From Puniceicoccales bacterium (GTDB lineage: Bacteria; Verrucomicrobiota; Verrucomicrobiia; Opitutales; LL51): DNA of 64,000 bases. The position numbers and the translations under genes are program-made. The stretch covers positions 34,046-98,045 of the forward strand of contig JAIROS010000017.1 in NCBI GenBank assembly GCA_031257405.1. The letters are read 5' to 3'. This document shows positions 44,685 through 52,208 of this stretch, piece by piece; the stretch's first letter is position 1; every line of letters starts with the position of its first letter. The notes under the pieces were generated by a model that ran no database searches, had not been told where the DNA came from, and saw nothing but the letters and a program-made list of their open reading frames with translations.

Positions 44685-44981
44685 ATGGACAGAGATATTA
44701 TTATTTCCGGCGTGCATCTGGATTTAACCGATGCTTTGAAAAAAATTGTCAGCGAAAAAGCAGAAAAATTATTCCGCCACGAAGGACGGATCGTTCGCCT
44801 GCGCTTCGAACTGGAACACGCAACCAGTAGAAATCCCGCAGAAGAATTCGTCGCCAAAGGACATATCGAAATCCAAGGCCCAGATATTATCGCGACGGCT
44901 ATCAGCGATGACCTCTATAAATCAGTGGACCTGCTTATCCAAAAATTAGATCGCCAACTTAATGAACATTTTCATAAGTAA
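44685..44981 (+). CDS. hpf: Ribosome hibernation promoting factor (short HPF/RaiA type)
   Basis: 98 aa, IIISGVHLDLTDALKKIVSEKAEKL...HIEIQGPDIIA pattern of the sigma-54 modulation protein/S30EA family. Confidence 0.85.
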   Translation: MDRDIIISGVHLDLTDALKKIVSEKAEKLFRHEGRIVRLRFELEHATSRNPAEEFVAKGHIEIQGPDIIATAISDDLYKSVDLLIQKLDRQLNEHFHK

Positions 44982-45023
44982 ATCGTGAATTTTTAAATAA
45001 AAAAAGGGAAATTTCCGCGCGGC

Positions 45024-45111
45024 TTCGGGCAAAAGCTGCGCGCAAAGCGCGCAAAAACATGAACTCCGTTCATGTTTTCAAGGAGCTTTGCTCCTTAAGC
45101 TTTTGCCCGAA
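45024..45111. repeat. Nested palindrome, element C (88 nt, perfect four-way junction)
   Basis: A 14-bp closing stem (45024-45037 with 45098-45111) encloses hairpins at 45038-45052 (6 bp, AAA loop), 45054-45078 (11 bp, TCC loop) and 45080-45096 (7 bp, TTT loop). All stems are perfect Watson-Crick with 0-1 nt linkers. Confidence 0.92.
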
Positions 45112-45145
45112 AGAAACAACTATGCATTGATTTGTCAAGTTATTT

Positions 45146-47701
45146 TTAGCGCACAACGACGTTAAAAATTTTCCCGGGAACATAAATTTTTTTTATAATT
45201 TCCTTACCGGAAACAAATGCCATAAATCGACTCCGCTGCCAGGCGATTTTCTCAACTGCTTCCTGACTCGCATCGCCGTCCACCAAAATTTCATCGCGGA
45301 CTCTGCCATTGACTTGGAGTATTATTTTCGCTTGATTGGCGGCAAATTTAGACGCATCATAGGCCGGCCAGCTCGCCTTTGCAACGGAAAATGCTCCGCC
45401 CAGACGCGCCCACAATTCCTCCGCGATGTGGGGGGCAAAGGGGGCTAACAATTGTAAAAATATGCGCACCGTCGAACGACTAATTCCCATTTTTTGCGCG
45501 CCATTAACAAAAATCATCATCTGCGCGATCGCCGTATTTAATTGCAATGCCTCGATCTCTTCCGTAACTTTTTTTACAGTTTGATGCAACAATGTCTCCA
45601 CGCCAACGCCATCTTCTTCGGGGAATTTTTTTACATTTCCATCGCCGTCAATGCAAAGCGCCCACACCTTCTTCAAAAAACGATACACCCCCTCAATTCC
45701 CTGCGTACTCCACGGTTTCATGGCATTGAGCGGCCCCAAAAACATCTCATAAAGCCGCAGGGAATCGGCACCGTATCGGCAAATTACATCGTCGGGATTT
45801 ACAACATTTCCACGACTTTTTGACATTTTAGTGCCGTCGCTCCCCAAAATAATCCCCTGGTGATACAGCCTCCTAAAAGGCTCCTCGGCCCCAGAAATCG
45901 CACCCACATCGTACAAAAATAAATGCCAAAAGCGCGCGTAAAGCAAGTGTAAAACGGCGTGTTCCGCCCCACCAATGTAAAAATCCGGACTCTTCCAATA
46001 GGCCTCCGCCGCAGGATCCACTAAACTTTCCCCACAATCCGGCGACATGTAACGCAAATAATACCAGCAGGAACCCGCCCATTGCGGCATCGTGTTGCTC
46101 TCGCGCACCGCCGGTACAAAATTTTCCGCCGCCTCCCCGGAAATTTCCCCCGTCGATAAATTTACAAAAATATTAAGCCACCGCTTCGCCCGGACAAGCG
46201 GACTCTCGCCGTCGTCGGAAGGTAAATAGGTGTCCGTCTCGGGTAAAGTCAGCGGCAACTGCGCTTCTGCAACCGGAATCGCACACCACTCAGTACCCCC
46301 CTTCCCGTAGGAAACCACATCGTCCGGAATTTTGCCCATAAAATAAGCGTTTTTCGCCGCCAACGCACGGTCGTAGTGGGCCCGCTCGATCCAAAGAATC
46401 GGCACCGGTTCGCCCCAGTAGCGCTGCCGAGAAAATAGCCAATCGCGCAATTTATATTTCACGGCGACCCTCCCAAAACCTTCCCGTTCCGCCTTTTGCG
46501 TTATTTTTTTCCGTGCTTCGGCCGCCGGTAAACCATCGAATTCGCCCGAGTTAATCAGCCGGCCTTCCCCACAAAACGGCAAAGGTAATTCATTTTTGGG
46601 GTCTGCTATGACTTGTTTTACGGGAATATCAAATTTTTTTGCAAATTCGAAATCGCGGTCGTCGTGGGCCGGTACCGCCATAATCGCCCCCGTGCCGTAG
46701 GACACAAGGACGTAGTCCGCTACCCAAATCGGAATCAATTCCCCGTTGTACGGATTTTTCGCGAAACTCCCCGTGAATACCCCCGACTTCTCTTTGGCCA
46801 AATCTGTGCGCTCCAAATCGCTTTTCCTCTTGGTATCGGCGACGTAGGCCCGGACTTTTTCCCGATTTTCCACCGCCGTTACCCGCTCGACTAATTCGTG
46901 CTCGGGGGCTAAAACGAGGAATGTCGCGCCGTAAATGGTATCGGGACGGGTCGTGTAAACGCAAATTTTGGGGCCATCGGGAACAATCTCAAAGTCCAAT
47001 TCCGTTCCCTCCGAACGCCCAATCCATGCGATTTGCTGGCGCTTCGTCGAGTCCGGCCAGTCGATTCCCTCGAGCCCCCCCAATAATCGGTCCGCATAGC
47101 GCGTGATTCTCAGGACCCACTGGCGTAAATTTTTCCGTTCCACCGGGAAATCCCCCCGCTCCGAACGACCGTTGATCACCTCCTCATTGGCCAATACCGA
47201 CCGCAATTCCGGACACCACCAAACGGGTTTATCATCCACGTACGCCAGCCCGTGTTTAAATAATTGTAAAAAAATCCACTGCGTCCACCGGAAATAATGG
47301 GGGTCCGTCGTATCCACTTCCCGGTCCCAATCGATGGCGAAACCCAGTGACTGAATCTGTTCGCGGAAGCGCCGAATATTATTTTCCGTATTGATTGAGG
47401 GGTGTTGGCCGGTAGCGATGGCGTGTTGTTCGGCGGGCAAACCGAAGGCGTCCCAGCCCATGGGGTGTAAAACATTGAAGCCGTTAGCCCACTTGTAGCG
47501 CGCCAGAATATCCGAAGCGGTATAGCCTTCCGGGTGGCCGATATGCAGGCCTGCGCCCGAGGGGTAAGGGAACATATCCAAAACGTAATATTTTTCCATC
47601 GGACTCTCATTTTCCGCGCGAAAGGTTTTTTCTTCCAACCATTTTTTCTGCCAAAATGGCTCTATTTCCCGGAAGTCATAATTTTTACAGCTTGTGGCCA
47701 T
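45146..47701 (-). CDS. leuS: Leucyl-tRNA synthetase
   Basis: PYPSGAGLHIGH (HIGH), KMSKSRGN (KMSKS), CP1 editing domain, 851 aa. Confidence 0.97.
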   Translation of the reverse strand: MATSCKNYDFREIEPFWQKKWLEEKTFRAENESPMEKYYVLDMFPYPSGAGLHIGHPEGYTASDILARYKWANGFNVLHPMGWDAFGLPAEQHAIATGQHPSINTENNIRRFREQIQSLGFAIDWDREVDTTDPHYFRWTQWIFLQLFKHGLAYVDDKPVWWCPELRSVLANEEVINGRSERGDFPVERKNLRQWVLRITRYADRLLGGLEGIDWPDSTKRQQIAWIGRSEGTELDFEIVPDGPKICVYTTRPDTIYGATFLVLAPEHELVERVTAVENREKVRAYVADTKRKSDLERTDLAKEKSGVFTGSFAKNPYNGELIPIWVADYVLVSYGTGAIMAVPAHDDRDFEFAKKFDIPVKQVIADPKNELPLPFCGEGRLINSGEFDGLPAAEARKKITQKAEREGFGRVAVKYKLRDWLFSRQRYWGEPVPILWIERAHYDRALAAKNAYFMGKIPDDVVSYGKGGTEWCAIPVAEAQLPLTLPETDTYLPSDDGESPLVRAKRWLNIFVNLSTGEISGEAAENFVPAVRESNTMPQWAGSCWYYLRYMSPDCGESLVDPAAEAYWKSPDFYIGGAEHAVLHLLYARFWHLFLYDVGAISGAEEPFRRLYHQGIILGSDGTKMSKSRGNVVNPDDVICRYGADSLRLYEMFLGPLNAMKPWSTQGIEGVYRFLKKVWALCIDGDGNVKKFPEEDGVGVETLLHQTVKKVTEEIEALQLNTAIAQMMIFVNGAQKMGISRSTVRIFLQLLAPFAPHIAEELWARLGGAFSVAKASWPAYDASKFAANQAKIILQVNGRVRDEILVDGDASQEAVEKIAWQRSRFMAFVSGKEIIKKIYVPGKIFNVVVR

Positions 47702-47767
47702 GGTGTGCTATGCTAGGAAATGGCATCAAAAAACAAGCCGGAAATTATAAATTCACAGGCCCACGTC

Positions 47768-48658
47768 TCAGTTATCGGGCGGCCCCAATCGAATGCCCCT
47801 TCGCCTCCGACTAACGAAAATTATTAAAAATATTCCTAAAAATAATAAAAATAAACTGTAAAATTGCCCACGCGTCAGCCCCAATATCAATCCCGCATCC
47901 GGCTCCCGAAAAAATTCACACCCAATGCGCCCAATGGCGTAAAGTACTAAAAAAATGCCTCCCAAATACCCAATACAACACCTCCGATAAATCAAAATTT
48001 GTAAAATAATAAATGGTAAAAATCCTTCGAAAAATGCCTCGTACAACGGCGAAGGATGGCGCGCCACTAGCCCTAATACTCCGTCCCGCACAAAAATTAC
48101 CCCCCAGGGAACCGCCGTTTCCCGACCCAATAACTCCCCATTGACAAAATTCCCTAAACGCCCAACCATTAAACATAGCGGAATAATCGAACTCACCACG
48201 TCCCCAACCCTGTACCTATCACGGCGATACCTCCAAGAAAAATATAAAATCGCTAAAATTCCTCCCGCAAAACCTCCGTGACTCGCCATTCCTCCCCGCC
48301 AAATCTGAAAAAATATTAAAGGATTAGTCGAAAAATTGTCAAAATCATAGAGCAAACAGTACCCTAAACGCCCGCCCATTACCGCCCCCAGCGCAAAATA
48401 AATCAATAATGCTTCATTCTCCTCGGACGACAGCGGCGAAAGTCCCTTCCGCGAATAAAACGCTAAAAAAAATTGTACCAGAAAAAAACTAACCACGTAA
48501 CACACCCCATACCAACGTATCCCCTCCACCCACCAACCCGCAGGAAAATGGATCGCAAAAGGATCGATATCAATCACAATATGTAACAACATTAGCAAAA
48601 ATTTTACCCAAAATTTATCCCACGCCCACCGCAGTAACACTAAATATCTAAACCCCAT
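47768..48658 (-). CDS. lgt: Prolipoprotein diacylglyceryl transferase
   Basis: IRWYGVCYVVSF, WRGGMASHGG and GRLGNFVNGELLGR motifs. Confidence 0.93.
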   Translation of the reverse strand: MGFRYLVLLRWAWDKFWVKFLLMLLHIVIDIDPFAIHFPAGWWVEGIRWYGVCYVVSFFLVQFFLAFYSRKGLSPLSSEENEALLIYFALGAVMGGRLGYCLLYDFDNFSTNPLIFFQIWRGGMASHGGFAGGILAILYFSWRYRRDRYRVGDVVSSIIPLCLMVGRLGNFVNGELLGRETAVPWGVIFVRDGVLGLVARHPSPLYEAFFEGFLPFIILQILIYRRCCIGYLGGIFLVLYAIGRIGCEFFREPDAGLILGLTRGQFYSLFLLFLGIFLIIFVSRRRRGIRLGPPDN

Positions 48659-48733
48659 GTTTCAATCCCAAATAATTTTTCAAAAAATTTTATTGCCAAA
48701 ATCCGGAAATAATTTGTTAATTACTCGGCGACC

Positions 48734-50266
48734 ATGAAGAATTTTTACCTTACCACGGCGATTGACTATGCGAACGGACATCCCCACATCGGCCACGCCT
48801 ACGAAAAAATTCTAGCGGATGTGATTTGTCGGACGAAGCGCCTATTGGGCCACGACGTACATTTTCTGACGGGCCTCGACGAACACGGACAAAAAGTGGA
48901 ACAGACGGCTAGGGAACGCGGGATTTCGCCGCAAGCGCTCTGCGATTCCGTGGCGCGGGAATTCATCGAAATGTGCGCGCAACTAAACATCTCCTACGAC
49001 GACTACATTCGCACCACACAGCCCCGACATAAGGCCATCGTGGGCGATATCCTCCAAAAACTTTTTGCCAAAGGCGATATTTACAAAGCGGAGTACACGG
49101 GCCACTACAGCACGCGCGCCGAACGTTTTCTCCAGGAAAAGGACAAAGTGGACGGAATTTGGCCGGAAATAGAATTTGGGGAGGTCGCGGAGATCACGGA
49201 AACGAATTATTTTTTCAAATTAAATCCCCACAAGGGGTGGCTCATCGACTACATCGCAGCCCACGAAAATTTTATTTTCCCGAAATTCCGCGCCAAACAG
49301 GTCCTCGAATTTCTGAAGGAGGACATCAATGATCTCTGCATTTCCCGGCCCAAAAGCCGCCTTTCCTGGGGGATCGAGCTCCCTTTCGACCCGGATTATG
49401 TGACCTACGTTTGGTTTGATGCGCTGATCAATTACATTTCCGCCGTTGGGTACGGTGGGGAAAATTTTTCCGCATTTTGGCCGGTGGACTACCACGTCAT
49501 CGGCAAGGACATCCTCGTTCCGGCGCACTCCATTTACTGGCCGATCATGCTCCGCGCCCTCGATTTACCGATGCCCCAAACATTTCTCGTCCACGGCTGG
49601 TGGCTATGTTCCGGCGAAAAAATGTCAAAAAGTGCCGGCAATGTGGTCGATCCCCTCGGCTACGCGAAGCAATTCGGGACGGACGCGTTTCGTTATTTTG
49701 TTATTCGCGAAATGAATGTTGGTCAGGACAGCGATTTTTCCCACGAACTTTTTTTATCGCGCTACAATAACGACCTGGGGAATGATTTCGGAAACCTCGT
49801 CAGCCGCACGATTAATATGCTCCAGCGCTATTGCGGCGGCGTGATCCCGGAAATCGCCGGCCCCGAAACTCCAGAAACGGAAATCGCCGACCTCTGGACC
49901 CAAACGCAGGAAAAAGTGCTCGAGGCCTACGACCAACTGCAATTCCACAGGGCTTTGGAAGATATTTTTACATTTATATGTGCGATTAACAAATTTTTAG
50001 AAATCCGCGCCCCTTGGAAGCTGGCGAAGTCCGGCGAGCCCAAAGACCAAGTACGCCTGCGCAATTCGTTGGCCGTTTGCGCCGAAGGCATCCGCTTAGC
50101 CGCGGCAATTTTAACGCCCATTTTACCCAATACTTCACAAAAAATTTCCGAAATTTTTCAACTCGACGCCACCCATTGGGGGGAATATTTGCGGTGGGGC
50201 GACCATTTCCTGGCCAACAAATCTTTGGCGGTGGAATCCCTCATTTTATTCCCAAGAATAGCTTGA
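48734..50266 (+). CDS. metG: Methionyl-tRNA synthetase (short form, no C-terminal tRNA-binding domain)
   Basis: YANGHPHIGH (HIGH) and KMSKSAGN (KMSKS). Confidence 0.97.
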   Translation: MKNFYLTTAIDYANGHPHIGHAYEKILADVICRTKRLLGHDVHFLTGLDEHGQKVEQTARERGISPQALCDSVAREFIEMCAQLNISYDDYIRTTQPRHKAIVGDILQKLFAKGDIYKAEYTGHYSTRAERFLQEKDKVDGIWPEIEFGEVAEITETNYFFKLNPHKGWLIDYIAAHENFIFPKFRAKQVLEFLKEDINDLCISRPKSRLSWGIELPFDPDYVTYVWFDALINYISAVGYGGENFSAFWPVDYHVIGKDILVPAHSIYWPIMLRALDLPMPQTFLVHGWWLCSGEKMSKSAGNVVDPLGYAKQFGTDAFRYFVIREMNVGQDSDFSHELFLSRYNNDLGNDFGNLVSRTINMLQRYCGGVIPEIAGPETPETEIADLWTQTQEKVLEAYDQLQFHRALEDIFTFICAINKFLEIRAPWKLAKSGEPKDQVRLRNSLAVCAEGIRLAAAILTPILPNTSQKISEIFQLDATHWGEYLRWGDHFLANKSLAVESLILFPRIA

Positions 50267-50296
50267 ATTCGAAAAAAAATCACTAGGGGTAATGCC

Positions 50297-50608
50297 ATGG
50301 CGAAGATTCTTTCCCTCTCCGAAGACGCGTTTGAGTCCACGATCCGCGAAAATGCGGGTAAAATTATTGTCGATTTTTGGGCGCCGTGGTGTGGTCCGTG
50401 CCGATCGCTGGGGAAGGTCCTCGACGCCATAGCCGCCGAACGAGACGATATCAGCATTTACAAAATTAACGTCGACGAATGCTCTTTTTTAGCGGAACAG
50501 TACGACATTTCTTCGATCCCCGCGTTACTATTTTTTAACAAAGGTAGGATGATTGATTTGACGGTGGGGATGATGATGAAGCAGGATATCGTCGCAAAAT
50601 TTCATTAA
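50297..50608 (+). CDS. trxA: Thioredoxin
   Basis: FWAPWCGPC active site, 103 aa. Confidence 0.93.
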   Translation: MAKILSLSEDAFESTIRENAGKIIVDFWAPWCGPCRSLGKVLDAIAAERDDISIYKINVDECSFLAEQYDISSIPALLFFNKGRMIDLTVGMMMKQDIVAKFH

Positions 50609-50659
50609 CCCAACTCTTTTAAACTTGACTTGTGCGCATTTTTTCCATCCCATTGTAAC

Positions 50660-51625
50660 ATGTTCGATCAGGTTCGGAAGCGCTATCTCACGGGAATCGC
50701 TTGGTTTATCGCGAGTCTTGTGATATGCGAGACCAACGATGCCATTACGAAATTTTTGGGAAAGGGGTTGAGTCCTTTGCATGTGATATTTGGGCGATTT
50801 TTTTTCAGCACGCTTACGCTTTTCCCATTTATGCTGGGGCGCGCGGAAAATTTTCGCAGCCGATACTGGGGGGCGAATTGTTTACGGGGGCTGATTTTAT
50901 TTGTGGGCATGTTTATTTGGTGTTACGGCCTTGACGCGTCCCAGCTGAGTATCGCCTGTCTGATTAATTTCACGACGCCCATGTTCACGCTCATTTTGGC
51001 GGCATTTATTTTGAAGGAAAAGATTGGGAGGCCCCGCATTATCGCGACTATTATTGGATTTTTGGGGGTAGCGGTTGTGCTCAATCCCCGCACGGCCTCA
51101 TTCCCCATCGCCGCCGCCGCGTTATTTTTGATATCGGCCGTATTTTTCGCCGCACTCGACGTCCTCAATAAAATACTGGTCACCCGGGAAAATACGCTGA
51201 CGAGTTTATTTTACACCGGTTTTTTCACAATGTTATTTTCCGCTGCAGCGGTAGTGATTGTCCATTGCAAGGGGCGAGAAGGGGCGCCACTTATATTTTG
51301 GGAATTCATTTCCGGGCTTCTGTCCGTCGAATTGGCCCACATTTTATTACTGATTTTACTGGGGATCGGCGCGAATTTACTGATGTTTTGCATTTTGAAA
51401 TCCTTTTCGCACGTCGATATTTCGGCCACGGCGCCTTTTCGGTACATTGAATTAATTTTGGCCAGCGCGTTTGAATATTTATTTTTTGGTGAAAAAATTT
51501 CGATTAATGCCGTTTGGGGGGCGATTATTATTGTTCCGAGCGTCATTTATCTCGCGCGCTACGAGGCTAAGGCCAGGCTCCGGCACCGCCAAAAAGAACC
51601 CATTTCGTCGCTTCGCTGTTGCTAG
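50660..51625 (+). CDS. EamA/DMT-family transporter
   Basis: 10-TM pattern with two EamA-like halves. ATG at 50660 preferred over the TTG at 50630. Confidence 0.8.
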   Translation: MFDQVRKRYLTGIAWFIASLVICETNDAITKFLGKGLSPLHVIFGRFFFSTLTLFPFMLGRAENFRSRYWGANCLRGLILFVGMFIWCYGLDASQLSIACLINFTTPMFTLILAAFILKEKIGRPRIIATIIGFLGVAVVLNPRTASFPIAAAALFLISAVFFAALDVLNKILVTRENTLTSLFYTGFFTMLFSAAAVVIVHCKGREGAPLIFWEFISGLLSVELAHILLLILLGIGANLLMFCILKSFSHVDISATAPFRYIELILASAFEYLFFGEKISINAVWGAIIIVPSVIYLARYEAKARLRHRQKEPISSLRCC

Positions 51626-51648
51626 TACAAGTGGATAATCCCGCCGCC

Positions 51649-52002
51649 TCACTCCTTCCACACGGTCTCCAAATATTTCCAAAAAGAGTCGTACTGCTCG
51701 AACATTTGCTCGTCGGTGATCGGCAATTTATTGCGGTAGACAAAGTCGGAAAGCGTGTGTTGGTGTAAAATGTAGGCGCAGAAAACGATGTCCCCACGCA
51801 TCTCGAAGTACACGCGCAGGTCGCCGATGCGACAGCGGTAAATATCCGCACTGCCGCGGCGAAATTTTTTTACTTTTAGCAACTCCTTCCGCAGACATTC
51901 GTCGCAATAGTCGCTCAATTGGCCGATAAACTGGAGTTGAGCCATTTTGTCCATTTTGTTAAATTCCATTAAACTTTGGTCGCTAAACGTAATTTGGTGC
52001 AT
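51649..52002 (-). CDS. RelE/ParE-superfamily toxin-like protein with ~35-aa C-terminal extension (no antitoxin seen)
   Basis: ITFSDQSLMEFNKMDKMAQLQFIGQL ... IYRCRIGDLRVYFEMRGDIVFCAYILHQ matches the RelE/ParE fold pattern. Start moved to MHQITF (52002). Confidence 0.6.
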   Translation of the reverse strand: MHQITFSDQSLMEFNKMDKMAQLQFIGQLSDYCDECLRKELLKVKKFRRGSADIYRCRIGDLRVYFEMRGDIVFCAYILHQHTLSDFVYRNKLPITDEQMFEQYDSFWKYLETVWKE

Positions 52003-52208
52003 AACGCGGCTATGAGCGTATGGATTTTTCGGTTCTTGCAACGCTATAGCATTTTTTTTGATGGGAGCGATGCATGGTTTCAGCGCCACTATTTTATAAA
52101 AAAAAAGTAAACTTTCCTTAAACACAATCTAACTTATAACGCGGCTGTGGGCGTATGGGTTTTTCGGTTCTTGCAACGCTATAGCATTTTTTTTGATGGG
52201 AGTGATGC
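52001..52208. repeat. 73-bp direct repeat (period 135 bp) in a divergent promoter region
   Basis: ataacgcggct(a/g)tg(a/g)gcgtatgg(a/g)tttttcggttcttgcaacgctatagcattttttttgatgggag(c/t)gatgc at 52001-52073 and 52136-52208. Copy 1 abuts the toxin-like ATG and copy 2 contains the nuclease start. Confidence 0.95.

Noticed and set aside
45132-45148. Shared 17-mer ttgtcaagttattttta (also at 62319-62335) as a conserved regulatory box, or a promoter reading into element C
   Set aside because: At 62320-62325 it supplies a plausible -35 with a good -10 (kept as a low-confidence promoter). At 45132-45148 no acceptable -10 follows, and the last three bases are the leuS stop codon. Two A/T-rich occurrences are too few to call a motif.
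52003-52125. N-terminal extensions of tracked ORFs: 52003-52125 (toxin-like), 21887-21976 (moxR), 25869-25979 (birA), 26997-27155 (udg), 33856-33981 (mcsA), 41036-41173 (uppS) and 62805-62852 (lspA)
   Set aside because: The extensions read through duplicated junction sequence or overlap the upstream gene. Internal Met codons give N-termini that match the respective families.
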